DNA of 64,000 nt from positions 95,615 to 159,614 of the forward strand of contig NW_005434642.1 of assembly GCF_000315625.1 (NCBI RefSeq). The letters run 5' to 3'. The notes under the pieces are model-generated. The model did not search any database, was not told the DNA's origin, and worked only from the letters and a program-made list of their open reading frames with translations. This stretch comes from Guillardia theta CCMP2712 (Eukaryota > Protista > Cryptophyta). A program made the position numbers and the translations under genes. This document shows, in pieces, positions 1 to 13,371 of the stretch (its first letter is position 1; every line of letters begins with the position of its first letter).

Positions 1-20
1 GTCTGGGACCCCCTCGATTC

Positions 21-3000
21 TCATTCCATCTCATCTGCGATCAGCTCTTGCTCGTAAACTTGTCCATACTGAAAGTCAAGACCCAGCTCCTTGCAGAATT
101 TCTCCACCACAAACTTCTCCTGTGGCTCGCAGAGCACAATCGAGGTCCCCTCAGCCCCTCCTCTCGCCGTCCTCCCTGCTCGATGAACGTAGTGGTTCGC
201 ATCGGTGGGGAGGTCAAGGCTGACAACGTGGCTGAGGCCGGGGATATCGATCCCTCTCGCTGCGATCTCAGTCGCCACCACCAGCGGCACCTCCCCGAGC
301 GTCCCCTCGCGCAATCGTCGCATCACCTCCTTTCTGTCCTCCTTGGACTCATCGCCCTTGAGGGGGGCAGCGATCAGGCCGTTCTCGAAGAGCTTGTCGC
401 AAATGATGTCTACCCTCCTCTGATCGTTGACGAAGACAAGCAGCCCTGTCATACCGTTGAGGTTGAAGATCTTCTTCACCAGCGCGATCTTCTTCACGCG
501 GGGGGTCACAATTACACAATGTCTGAGCTGGGGGGGGAGCCGGAGCCCTGCAAGGTCCAGCAAGAGAGGCTCCTTCCTGAAGCTCGACTGCGCTAGCGAC
601 TTGACGTTGTTCACGTTGCCCGTGGCGCTGGCGAAGATGGTCTGACGGGCAGGAGAGGAGCAAGCTTGGAGGATCAGATTGAGGTCAGACTGCATGGCCT
701 TCTTCAGGCACTGGTCCACCTCGTCCACGATGAGATACTTCACCCCCTGCAGTCTTATCTTGGCGCCCATCTTCGACGCGAGCTCAACGATGCGTCCTGG
801 TGTGCCTACAAGGATGTGGGGCCGGCTGTTACGGATGGCCTCGATCTGGCGCTGAATGTTCGCTCCTCCGATAGCTTGAGTGGCGAACAGTTCTGTTCCA
901 ACGATCACTGACTGCACAACCCTGAGAATCTGGATGGCTAGCTCTCTGCTCGGAGCGACGATGAGGAAGGAGGGGCCCTTGCGGTCAAGGGAGTCGAGCT
1001 GTGCGAGGAGCTTCTGGACGATGGGGAGGACGAAGGCGAGAGTCTTTCCGCTGCCGGTGTAGGCGCTCAGAATGATGTCAGACCCCTCTAGGATCCTGGG
1101 GAAGGAAGACTTCTGCACAGGAGTTGGAGTGAAGAATCCGTTAGCGTTGAGGTTGTCAAGAAGAGCCTTTGAGGTCAACCCCAGCTCCTCGAACTGCGCG
1201 CGGGAGTTGGAGTTGTCGACAACAATCCGCTGCACGTTCGCCGTCGAGTCTTTCTCCTCCTTGGCCAGTAGCCCACGTGCCCGGAAGAACTCAATGTCTT
1301 CCTCGTCTAGCTCGTCCAGTCTCTCTTGGATCGGCTTCTCCTGGCGAGCAGGCGCCGGTTTCGCCTGCTATGTCAGGTGAGCAAATTGTTTTGTGCCGGG
1401 GAGGAGGAACAGGTGCAAAAGGATGCCGAGGGAGGAGGGAGGAGGGAGGAGGGAGGAGGGAGGAAGTGTTGGCGGGCAGAAAAGACAGCCATGGAAACAT
1501 GACAAGGACGCACATCTTGCGGTCGATCTCTTGAAGCAGAAGCTTTCTGCGTGACGACGAAATCGTCGTTGGTTGTCTCAACGTTGGCAGAAGGAGGATT
1601 AGGAGCCTCCTTCACAACCTCGCTGAGCCTGACGCAGTTCAGCGATGTACCACAAGGACAAGTTATGTTCGATCCTACCTTGCCTTCTTCCAAGCTTCAA
1701 ATGAGTTTTCGACCTTCTCCATGCTTTCCTCCTGGAAAATGCTTCAAAGAAAGCCAGTAGGGTTATCAATGAAAAAGATGCAAGAAAACGAAACAAAAAT
1801 GATTGACAGGGAATGGACAATGACACAGAGCAGGGTTGTAAACAGAAACCAAAATCATCGCGGAAAATATTAGGAGTGTATCAAACAACTCACATCCTCC
1901 AGCTTAGACTGAAGAAGCGCAGGCACTGCTTTAATTCCATTGTATGAAGTCTCAGGCTTGTTCTTCGCCTTCTGCAGAGAAAGTCATGTCCTCGACAAGT
2001 GGGTGGTTACCTTGTACCCCCACCTTGGGCACATCAACTTCATTTTCAGCATCTTGCGACACTCTCTGCTCTGTTGGCTTCTCTTTCTTACGAGGCTGCA
2101 CGATTCGAAAGAAAAGAAACATCACTATCTTTCTTTCATCATCGAACAAAGAAGACTGACGTTTACATCACTCTTCTTCACTTCCAACGATGCACGCTCA
2201 CTCCCTGCCTCTGGTTTGTCAACATCGTCCTGCTCGAACTCATCTTCATCGCTGTATTTCTTCTTGGAGATCTGCAAATATTGAATGTGAAACAAAGGTC
2301 ATTGCTGTACTCGACAAAAGCTCAGTAGAGCAGACAAAGTTGCAGGTGGTGGGGGGAAAGGCAGAGGAGGAGTTGGAAGAAAGGACACTAGAGGAGGAGG
2401 AAGTGGGAAGGGAAGGTTATGAAGTGGCAAGCACAGGAAGGGCAAGAAATAAATGAGGTGCAAGTGATACTACTACCCTCACCTTTTCTGCCACAAGAGC
2501 CTCAACCTGATCTGCGTCCAAGTCCTGGCAAACCAACTGTAAGGTGCCTCCTCCATACCCCGAGTCAGAACCTTCAGCTCTTGTTTTCTCCTCCTCAGAT
2601 AGGCTTCGAGCTTCGCCTGGCTGAATCCATCATCCATCATCTAGCAAGAAGCCTCAGATGTCAGCGAGCAAGGATGGAAGGCTGTCTTCCTTGCCTTTTT
2701 CTTCTCCTGTTGCATCGCCTCCTTCCTAACATCTTTGCGGATCTCGTCGAAGAGGCCCTTGGGTTTCGGTTTCGTCTTAAAGACTCGTCCTTTCTTCGGA
2801 TCCTCCCCGGGTCTTCTGCCTGCAAGGGCCCGCACGCTACATACATGCTCCCGGACATGAAGCCGCACCAGGCTTCCGATGGAATTCTGGGAGAAGGCCA
2901 TTCCTCCTGGTCGACCGCTTGCGTCATGAACTCTGAAGAAGGGGGAAGGAGAAGAGGCTGGTGAGGAGAGAGACGTCAGGGACAGAGGGAAGGAGGAGGA

Positions 3001-3066
3001 GGCTGGTGAGGTGGGGGCAAGAGCCGCCAACGTAGTAACTTGCAGCACCAAAAATCTCGCCAGCAT
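21..3066 (-). CDS. DEAD-box RNA helicase, RH47/ISE1-like, with a long spliced N-terminal extension and a signal-peptide-like leader
   Basis: Exon 21-~1366 has TGSGKT, APSRELA, GTPGRI, DEVD, SAT, ARGID and HRAGRTAR. GT-AG introns link it to upstream exons (...EAWKKARLSEVVKEAPN...RDRPQD). The link to the ATG at 3066 (MLARFLVLQVTTLAALA) is inferred. Confidence 0.85.
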
Positions 3067-5131
3067 GCCGGGCTAGGGGATTTGGCCGATTTTGGTGGGT
3101 GGGTGATTGATTGGGGGTAGGGGTGATCAAAGAAAGTCAAAGTAGAGCAGTTGTGGTACATTTACATGTATACAAATTGGAAATATTCGAGGTTGTATGC
3201 CACTGCCATCGAAATCTTTCTAAGGGGGGTGCATACTTGAAATGGGGTAGGGTACCGGTCGGTGGGGTGAAGGAGAGATCGGGGGCCGGAGGTTCAATGA
3301 AGAAATGCGACCGCGAGAGGGTAGATAAGGCGAGAGCAGAAGACGGCAGGGGGGGAGAGGAGGAGAGGAGGAGAGGAGGAGAGGAGGAGAGGAGGAGAGG
3401 AGGAGAGAGAGAGAAGTTACGATGAGAGGATATCACCGGACAGGAAAAGGAGAGAAGATGTGGCGGTGTGCAATCTTGAACAAGTGTAAACTAACAACAG
3501 ACCGGTCGGATACAAACATAGCTTTAAACTTTGCAAGGACGATTGAGGATCAGAAAGAGAAAAATCAAGCATACTCAACTAGAATGAATTCAAAGATCAA
3601 ACAAAAGGAGGTATTCCAAATGCAGAATCCATCATAGGAAGGTTATATCTGACCAGCACCAGGGGAGCTGAAGAAAAAAAAAGTAGATACAGCTTCACCA
3701 GCTAGTTCTTGAAGATGCGGCAGAGAAGTATGAGCTGTTTGTGCTAGTTTCCTTATGAGCTTGTTGCTCGTCGTGAGCTCGATCCTATCCGAGTATCCTC
3801 TCCTTGGTGTTTGATAGGGCATTGCCACTCAACCAGACGCAACGAGCATGGCAGGACATAATTGAGGTGTTGAAAACTGGACGTCAAACCGACGGCAGAA
3901 TTGAAAACATATGATAGAAAGGCGGAGGAAGAAAACCCTTGAGATGAGAAATTCCATGTTGAACAAATGAACATTTGGGAGCAACTTTTAATACATTGCA
4001 TCTCAACATTCTCTTCTTCTGAGATTTGCCTGATACTTCTCCGGATGAATTGATGCAGGCACTTCATGAGATAAGCCATGCCTGTAAAACGTTTGCTTGA
4101 TGCCCTATCAAATTTTGCTCCTTGCAGTTTCTTGAAAGCAGGTATCCCTTTTGCATGGTTGCCAAAGCGATACAGCTCCCATGCACTTCTGAAACAGTTT
4201 GCTTCTTGAGAAATTCGAATCGTTTTGAGATTCGCGTTGTGACTCGATGGACAGAAGTATCACGAGCAACTGACGAATCGCCATTGACACATTCTGTACT
4301 CACTCATTGACCTCCTGCTCACGTCTCCGAGGTTACGCTCCTGTTCATGGTGTCCCTCGCAACTGCTTCAGCATGCCCGTGATTGCGTCATGGTTGTCTG
4401 AAACCCAACCTTCCGTTTCACTTCATCTATTTGCAAAATGACCTCCAACAAACATTGGCTTCACTGTTCGTGATGAATTGCATGCTGACCTTGATCCTCT
4501 GCGTTTTTACCAGTGACTTTCATGCCATTACACATCATTGAAGCAATTTCGCCATCACAGGCTACTTCGCGGTTTTTATTGACGGAAATGACACAAGGCA
4601 AACCGAAGCAAACGAAGTAGAAGAGGATAATCCCGACAAACTCGCATCGACAGAATACTAGAAAAAGGAGGAGGCAGCGAAAACCGCTACTCCAACCACG
4701 CAAGCGACGGCATGCACGACAAGCAGGGGCCAGGACAAAGAGCAGAGCGAGGACGGCAAATGGTTTGATCTGAGGCAGGCTTAGTGGTGTGCAGGGCAGA
4801 CCCTAACGATGCTTGTGTCCTGCATCTGTCAAACACTTGGCGGTAGGCCCGGAGAGTCTTTCTCACCGCAATGCGCTCGAACGGTCCGACGGGTGTGGGG
4901 CGAGACTGAGAGCGGCGGATGAGAAGCTGCTGAAGGGAGCGAGGAGAGAGACTGAGAGCCTGACGGAGATCTTGATGAACGAGAGGGGAAGAGCCGGAGA
5001 TTTTCTGAACAAGGTCCGGCAAGGACGATAGGTTGCATCCAAGGACATTCGTAACCGCCGCTGACTTGCTTCGTCGTCGAGAGCATCACGATCAGAGTCC
5101 AGCGGGTTGAGTGAGACTTGAGCTGCAACAG

Positions 5132-6210
5132 ATGATACCTCCCAACAAGTCGTTGGTGAAATATGATAACCCGGTCCTCCTAGCCAACGCTAGCAAGTCG
5201 AAATCGTCTCAGGCCAAGTCTGATGCGGCGGGGTCTCCATCAAAGAACGAGAAGTCGCACTCGCTGTATCAGCCGGAAGAGATTCTGAATGCAATCATTC
5301 CTCCCAGGTGTTCATCACTCAGCACCCAGACATTGGTTGTTGCCCACGTAACATGAAATGCAGGGAATGGAACGAAGGCGGTCAAGTATGGGTTCAACAT
5401 GTGTCAAGTTCGCCTGCTACGCGTCTGGATGTTGTCAACTTGCAGGTGAGTAGAGGCCAGGAGTGTCGTTGGATGTTGGATGATGCCGTGCAGGAATTGT
5501 TGGATAACAAGCTGCAACAACGAAAAGCGCGAGAGACGGGGATCTGTCCTGTGCGAGAAGAGCTGTACAAGGAGACTTTCGATGAGATCATCCGACAGGT
5601 TGGTCGACGAGCAGAGAAGGGGGAAGGAGGAGAGGACCTGACGATCTCTCAGGTGACGGTCAACTGCGCCGAGCGAGGGCTGCTGATGATCAGAGTGCGA
5701 GATGAGATTCAGATGACTCGGTCGGCCTATCAGACTCTTTACGAAAGCAGGTTTCTCGAGTTGCTGTTGGAGAGGCGTCTGCGTGACATGTGGTACCAGC
5801 ATTGCTTTTGGCATCCGAAAGGTCCTGCAAGCCAAGCAGAATCGAACTGCGATGAGGAGGACGATAGAGCGGCTCTTGGAGAATAACGAGACCCTCCGAG
5901 AAGAGATCAGCATGCTCAAGGTTCTTTCGGCTTCAAGAATACTTGCCTGCACTCTCACAATTTACTGTGCGGCCGCAGCAAAAAGCGACATCGATCGAGA
6001 AGAACTCTAACAAGCTAAGAGAGGTAAAGAGCGCCTGGTGTGAGGCTTGACCTGACGCTCCTGCAGCAAGAGAAAGGCAAACATCTTGATGAGGTCGCAG
6101 CGCTCAAGTCGGAATACTCCGATCGCAAGAAGCAACTAGAGATACAGATCGGCCTCGTGCAAGCTCCTCCAGCTGCTGACAGCAAGAAGCAGAGCGACGA
6201 GACCAAGTGA
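5132..6210 (+). CDS. DNALI1: Axonemal inner-arm dynein light chain p28 (IDA4/DNALI1)
   Basis: Spliced product MIPPNKSLVKYDNPVLL...EEILNAIIPPREW...SSSPATRLDVVNLQ...ARETGICPVREELY...FDEIIRQVTVNCAERGLLMIRVRDE...YESSIAFGIRK. Confidence 0.93.
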
Positions 6211-6433
6211 GGGCTCTCCTCTGAGATGTACATCCATCGGATTCGAGCTTGCCGATTTCAAAATCGAACAACGAAAGAAGTAAATAAACTTGAAATGCAA
6301 ACATGTCCGCCTCTCGATGTCCTTCTGAGACCTGATTGAACAACCGAAGTTGTCCAGAATGTCTTGTGGCGGGATACAGGAACATCAATCTGACGGGTGC
6401 ACAGGCTTCAAAATCAGTGAAGTAACGGATCCG

Positions 6434-7123
6434 CTAGTCTTCCCTTTCTATTGAGATGCGTTGCCTGACCTTCATCAGGCTCTCTCCTAGAACATTCAAG
6501 CATCCAGTCTTCCAGTTCTTGGGGTCTCTCGCTAGATCCTCGCCAACTCCAACACCCCAGACTGCATCGTCGGGTGATGCTTCGGCTAGATGAAGCTCGT
6601 TGGTGCATAGAAGAACTTCTTTGAGAAGCTTCGAGCTGGTGAACTTGGAGTAGAGCAGCTGCACTGCTATAAAGTCTCTGACGGACCCCCACGCGGTAGG
6701 GTTGAAGTCTTTCACTGATCGACCCAACTGCTTGCACTTCCTGGGGTTCCCGCTGTTTGCGAGGATTTGCTTTGCCAAATCGTGGTTTTGATCCTTGATC
6801 CTCTGCGACGAAGAGCTCTTGTATGCCTCCACTCCAGCCCTCGCAAACATCCCTTGCTCGCCATTCCACGGCAATATTGACTGCATGCCGAAGAGATCCG
6901 CTTTGGCGAGCATGATGCCGGCCTCGGAAGTCTGAAGTTGCACACCCTCGAACTGGAAGGGCTCGGCATGCACGTAGAAGTTACTGAAGGAGCCGAAGGG
7001 GATGGAGGGAGAGCTGTCGTAGAAGGGAAGGATGCATGCTCTGTCCCCCATCCACTGGACGGACATGCGGCCATGCCGAGGGTGGTGGATCACTACATAG
7101 GGCTCGCGCTCCTGCTGCGCCAT
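6434..7123 (-). CDS. NADAR-family protein (YbiA/RibX-like N-glycosidase)
   Basis: FSNFY, TSE...KADLF, PRKCKQLGRSVKDF, LAEASPDDAVWGVG, NVLGESLMKVR. Single ORF, likely start MAQQERE at 7123. Confidence 0.88.
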   Translation of the reverse strand: MAQQEREPYVVIHHPRHGRMSVQWMGDRACILPFYDSSPSIPFGSFSNFYVHAEPFQFEGVQLQTSEAGIMLAKADLFGMQSILPWNGEQGMFARAGVEAYKSSSSQRIKDQNHDLAKQILANSGNPRKCKQLGRSVKDFNPTAWGSVRDFIAVQLLYSKFTSSKLLKEVLLCTNELHLAEASPDDAVWGVGVGEDLARDPKNWKTGCLNVLGESLMKVRQRISIERED

Positions 7124-7289
7124 TGCGACCGCAGGGGTATCATTGCATGCCCGCCTCAGAGGCCTTGGGTTATGCAGATGACGCGATCGGGCTGCGGGCG
7201 AGATGGAGGAGGAGGGAAGGAGAAGCGAATGCTGGGGTGATGGAGAGCCTTGATCTCGAAGAAGACATATGCCACTGATCTGATTCAAC

Positions 7290-8520
7290 ATGAAACCCTT
7301 CCTCTCTCTCAATGCTCCCCTCCTCGTGCTTGCTCTGCTCATAGCCTGCCACATACGCGGCGGCTCTAGCAGGAGAGTGAGTGAGGTGCGCAATGTCGAT
7401 GCCATGGAGCCATCGGAGTCTGAGAAGGTCGAGCCTCTTCTACTATGTGATAGAAAAGTTGTCTGATTCATTCTCTGTCAAGATCTCGTACGCTGCTCAG
7501 CAAGCCGCCGCTGCAAACGTCGCCAAAGGATCATGGCAGCCGAAGCAGGTTCTCCTTCACGAGAAGCTTGTGTTGTCTTCCTCCCCCCTCCCCCTCCACT
7601 CTTTGCTCTCTCCCTCTCCCTCCTTTCCTCTCTTGTCCTTATGACTAGACTGATAGACCTCTGGGCAGACGAGGTTCTCGGAGAGGATCGAGGGACCCCC
7701 TCCCTCTCGCTGCGTCAACGGGTGCGTCTCAAAATGTGTGCCTGAGTGCATGGGAAACCCGAACACGGACAGCCTGTGCACTGAAGACTGTGAGAAGTAG
7801 GACAAGCACAGCTGAGCTCCGTCCTCTTGCGGCTGACAGGTTGCTTCCAGGTACTGCAAGAGGGATTGCATGCTCCGACCCAACTCCGAGTACCCAGGAG
7901 CAGAGAAGAAGGTCAAAGTCAAGTTTCTCCCACCCATACAACTCATGAGCTCCAGCAACGGTGACATAGATCCATGCTCTCCTTGTGACTCCCCCGCTCA
8001 CCACAACTTCCTCCTCAGCTGTCCTCCCACATCAATCGCCCAAGATGGACAGCTTGGCGCTGGGCCCAACCGAGTGCGAGCCTCACTGCAACTTTGAGTG
8101 CAACACTGAGTGTGAGAGGAAGTACGAGTTTCCATGGAAGGTTGTAGACATCCACTCTCCTCCCTCCCTCCCTCCCTCCCTCCCTCGCCTCCTCCCTCCC
8201 TCCCTTCTCACTCCCTCGCCTCCTCCCCACCCTCCCCTCACTTCATCGCTCGCTTCCTCTGACGCAGTTCCCCTCCTCAGTGCCCAGCAGAGTGCAAGAG
8301 AGACTGTGCGGACTACTGCAAGCCTCTCACCACCGGCCGGTTGAACAATGGCGAGTCACTTCACCGTTGCGTGCGTTCTCTGAAGGCTGAGCAGGAGACA
8401 AGCTCGTGCGAGAGGATGAGGACAGTCTGAGGCGGGTCCTCAGGTCGACAGAACGGCAGCTTCCCCCCAAGCTTGTGGTGCCATCAGGGAATATTGCTCT
8501 CCGATGGCTCTCGGGTATGT
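7290..8520 (+). CDS. Secreted cysteine-rich (CxxxC) hypothetical protein; 3' end approximate
   Basis: Signal peptide MKPFLSLNAPLLVLALLIACHIRGG. Spliced exons give CVNGCVSKCVPEC...CTEDCEKYCKRDC, CEPHCNFECNTEC and CPAECKRDCADYC. Confidence 0.65.
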
Positions 8521-8813
8521 TGACTGCCATTGGGAGTGACACAACTCACATACTTGTCAGTCACATTCACGGTTTTGTGTTTGCTGACCATTCTTCTTAT
8601 TCTTTATCGGTTGTACGGTATCGCTCCCTCCTCTCTTCTCACCAACACAACACCTGACAACCAGCAAACAGGAGGGAAAACTTATGTAGCAATGTATTCT
8701 AAAGACAAAGCATGAAGTCAGTGAGTCTTATTAGTGATGCTTACAGTACAATAACAGCGTGCCAGGAACTAAAGATTTTTCACGACCTTCGAGTCCATGA
8801 AATTTCAACCTTT

Positions 8814-11800
8814 TCACGCCTTCGATTTCTCTAAGTCCGTCATGAGCTCATTGCAGATGGCTGTTAACTGTTGGTTCTCGGAAACTTTCAAGTCCAGCTC
8901 GTTCTTAAGCGCCTTCTTCTCCATCTCCGCCTTCTGCATCTGAACGCGCAGAAGCTTGATCTCCTTCTCGCTGCAGTCAGACGCCAGCAGGGCCCAACCC
9001 TCGTCTCACCTTCTCAAGATCCCCACCTCCCGCTTTCGACTGCTGCGAGGCTGCGGTCTTCAACTCGAGGTTCTCAGCCTGGGCAGGCAAGGGGTCAGGA
9101 CAGAGGAGGAGCAACAAGACACCTACCTCTAGCTTGCTCACCCTTCCCTCGAGCTCCGCCTTTGCTGCATTGGAGGACTTGAGCGTCTGCTCCAGCGTCG
9201 CGTACTCGATCTTGTAGTTCTCCGTCTTCCTCCTCTGCTCGATCAACTCCTGCAGAAGGACGAGTTGAGGGCAAGCGGGAGGAGGAGGAGAGAGGAAGAG
9301 CAAGGGAGAGAAGAGATGAGGGGGAGGGAGGGAGGAGATGGAGGAGGAGGTACCTGCTGAGCCATCTGCGCCTTGACATTCAGGGTAACGATGTTGGAGT
9401 CGCGCTCGCTGATGGACTTCTCTGCGCTGGAGAGCTTCTCTGCCAGCAGCGCGCACTCCCTGCTCCTGCTCTCCGACTCCTTCATCACCCTCTCCTCCAG
9501 CTCCTTGATCTTCTCCTCTCGCACTGCCCCCTGCTGCTGGCAGCTCCTCAGGATCTCGTTGGTCTCGAGGAGGCTCTGCGACAGGTCGCTGTTCTTGGCG
9601 TCTGCCGCGGCGTAATACTCCTTGAGCTTCGTGTACCTCCCGTGAAGCTCGTTGAACGCTGCCTCCAGCTCCTACACGATCCAGTCAGAAGGATGGAGGA
9701 GAACTCTGACCTTTAAGGGAGCGACTGAGTGAGAGCGGAAGGGGAGGAGCAAAGCGGAAGAGAAGGAGAGGAGCGGGGAATACATCAGCATAGTTCTTGG
9801 TCTCTGTCAACTCCTTAGAGAGCTTCTTGTTCTCCTGCCTCTCCTTCTCGAGGATGCCAGCCATCTCGTCGACCGTGTTGTCTGCCTCCTGCACCAGAGG
9901 CTGTCAATCGCAGGAGCAAAAGGAGGAGGGGGAGGAGACACAGACCTTGATAGCAACTTGAAGCCTCTCGTTCTCAGTCGTCATGGACTTCTTGACGTCC
10001 TCCAGCTCCTTCTCAGCTGCCGCGAGCTTGCTGGTGATCTGTCGCTTCTCGTTGTCAAGCTTGGCTTGCAGGGCTTCAGTGTTGTAGCTCGAGATTCGCT
10101 CCACGTCCTCCAGCGTGTACAGCTGGCGGGCTCTTCCCGACGATGTGAAGGCCGAGGGCTCGACGGGTGCAGCAGCAGGAGGAGCCGGGTTGACCGTCTT
10201 GAGTACGTCCCACTCGCTTGAGATCTCCCACACGACCTTCTCCTTCTCCTTCTCCTTCTTCTCCTCCTCCGTCTTCCCTTCCCTCTCCTCAGGATGGCCC
10301 GCCGGCTTCACGGCTGCCTGCATCGCTTCCCTGTCGTCCTCGCAAACGTCGGAGATCCTGAGGTCAGCCATGTCCAGCACGTCGTCCTCGTCCAAGAGGT
10401 CACAGAGAGCGTTGGCGTTGTCGAGGGCCCCGGGGGATAAGGTGAGACGATTCTGACGCGCCATAAGTTACAAAAGGAAGCAAAGGAGAAGAGAAGGACA
10501 GGGAAGGAGGAGAAGAGAAAGAGCAAATCAACTGAAAGGGGCCTGCAAACAAGAGACATACCTTACTGATGGACGAGTGCGGCGAGGGCAACGGGACCTT
10601 GAAAGCTGGAGAAAAGACTGACGACAACTCCTTGCAGTCCGCGCACTTGCATCCTGCCTTCCTGATGCACTTCACCTCCCCTGAGCTCTCCTCCTTCCCT
10701 CCAATGCAGATAGACGCCATCGCCTTGCAGTCCGAGCACGTGCACCCCGCCCGCCGAAGACACACCTCTCCTCCTTCCTGCGCCGCCGCCGCCTCGTCCT
10801 CTACGGCCTCCGTAGGCTTGGTCGTCTCCTCTGCCTCTGCCTCTGCCTCTGCCTTGGCGACTTCCTCCTCTGCCATCGCCTGCTCCACCTCCTCTTCCTT
10901 GGCCACTTGCTCGTCAGCAGCCTCCTTGACATCCGCCTGCTCCTGCTCCTGCTCCTCGGGCTTCGAGTCAACCTCCTCCTCCTCCTTCTTGAGAGGAGTG
11001 ACCGCAAGGGTGATCCCCGCCATCGCAAGGCAGTCCGCGCACTTGCATCCTGCCTTCCTGATGCACTTCACCTCCCCTGAGCTCTCCTCCTTCCCTCCAA
11101 TGCAGATAGACGCCATCGCCTTGCAGTCCGAGCACGTGCACCCCGCCCGCCGAAGACACACCTCTCCTCCTTCCTGCGCCGCCGCCACCTCGTCCTCTAC
11201 GGCCTCCGTAGGCTTGGTCGTCTCCTCTGCCTCTGCCTCTGCCTCTGGCTTGGCGACTTCCTCCTCTGCCATCGCCTCCTCTTCCTTGACCACTTGCTCG
11301 TCAGCAGCCTCCTTGACATCCTCCTTGACATCCGCCTGCTCCTCCTCGGGCTTCGAGTCAACCTCCTCCTCCTCCTTCTTGAGAGGAGTGACCGCAAGGG
11401 TGATCCCCGCCATCGCAAGGCAGTCCGCGCACTTGCATCCTGCCTTCCTGATGCACTTCACCTCCCCTGAGCTCTCCTCCTTCCCTCCAATGCAGATAGA
11501 CGCCATCGCCTTGCAGTCCGAGCACGTGCACCCCGCCCGCCGAAGACACACCTCTCCTCCTTCCTGCGCCGCCGCCACCTCGTCCTCTACGGCCTCCGTA
11601 GGCTTGGTCGTCTCCTCTGCCTCTGCCTCTGCCTCTGCCTCTGACTTGGCGACTTCCTCCTCTGCCATCGCCTCCTCCTCCTTGACCACTTGCTCGTCAG
11701 CAGCCTCCTTGACATCCTCCTGCTCCTGCTCCTGCTCCTCGGGCTTCGAGTCAACCTCCTCCTCCTCCTTCTTGAGAGGAGTGACCGCAAGGGTGATCCC

Positions 11801-13332
11801 CGCCATCGCAAGGCAGTCCGCGCACTTGCATCCTGCCTTCCTGATGCACTTCACCTCCCCTGAGCTCTCCTCCTTCCCTCCAATGCAGATAGACGCCATC
11901 GCCTTGCAGTCCGAGCACGTGCACCCCGCCCGCCGAAGACACACCTCTCCTCCTTCCTGCGCCGCCGCCGCCTCGTCCTCTACGGCCTCCGTAGGCTTGG
12001 TCGTCTCCTCTGCCTCTGCCTCTGCCTCTGCCTCTGGCTTGGCGACTTCCTCCTCTGCCATCGCCTGCTCCACCTCCTCTTCCTTGGCCACTTGCTCGTC
12101 AGCAGCCTCCTGGACATCCTCCTTGACATCCGCCTGCTCCTGCTCCTGCTCCTGCTCCTCGGGCTTCGAGTCAACCTCCTCCTCCTCCTTCTTGAGAGGA
12201 GTGACCGCAAGGGTGATCCCCGCCATCGCAAGGCAGTCCGCGCACTTGCATCCTGCCTCCCTGATGCACTTCACCTCCCCTGAGCTCTCCTCCTTCCCTC
12301 CAATGCAGATAGACGCCATCGCCTTGCAGTCCGAGCACGTGCACCCCGCCCGCCGAAGACACACCTCTCCTCCTTCCTGCGCCGCCGCCACCTCGTCCTC
12401 TACGGCCTCCGTAGGCTTGGTCGTCTCCTCTGCCTCTGCCTCTGCCTCTGACTTGGCGACTTCCTCCTCTGCCATCGCCTCCTCCTCCTTGACCACTTGC
12501 TCGTCAGCAGCCTCCTTGACATCCGCCTGCTCCTGCTCCTGCTCCTCGGGCTTCGAGTCAACCTCCTCCTCCTCCTTCTTGAGAGGAGTGACCGCAAGGG
12601 TGATCCCCGCCATCGCAAGGCAGTCCGCGCACTTGCATCCTGCCTTCCTGATGCACTTCACCTCCCCTGAGCTCTCCTCCTTCCCTCCAATGCAGATAGA
12701 CGCCATCGCCTTGCAGTCCGAGCACGTGCACCCCGCCCGCCGAAGACACACCTCTCCTCCTTCCTGCGCCGCCGCCACCTCGTCCTCTACGGCCTCCGTA
12801 GGCTTGGTCGTCTCCTCTGCCTCTGCCTCTGCCTCTGCCTCTGACTTGGCGACTTCCTCCTCTGCCATCGCCTCCTCCTCCTTGACCACTTGCTCGTCAG
12901 CAGCCTCCTTGACATCCTCCTGCTCCTGCTCCTGCTCCTCGGGCTTCGAGTCAACCTCCTCCTCCTCCTTCTTGAGAGGAGTGACCGCAAGGGTGATCCC
13001 CGCCATCGCAAGGCAGTCCGCGCACTTGCATCCTGCCTTCCTGATGCACTTCACCTCCCCTGAGCTCTCCTCCTTCCCTCCAATGCAGATAGACGCCATC
13101 GCCTTGCAGTCCGAGCACGTGCACCCCGCCCGCCGAAGACACACCTCTCCTCCTTCCTGCGCCGCCGCCGCCTCGTCCTCTACGGCCTCCGTAGGCTTGG
13201 TCGTCTCCTCTGCCTCTGCCTCTGCCTCTGCCTCTGGCTTGGCGACTTCCTCCTCTGCCATCGCCTGCTCCACCTCCTCTTCCTTGGCCACTTGCTCGTC
13301 AGCAGCCTCCTTGACATCCTCCTTGACATCCG

Positions 13333-13371
<39 letters not shown>

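Noticed and set aside
3600-4700. Possible small minus-strand spliced gene
   Set aside because: Some splice-like signals, but no coherent or recognisable protein could be assembled.
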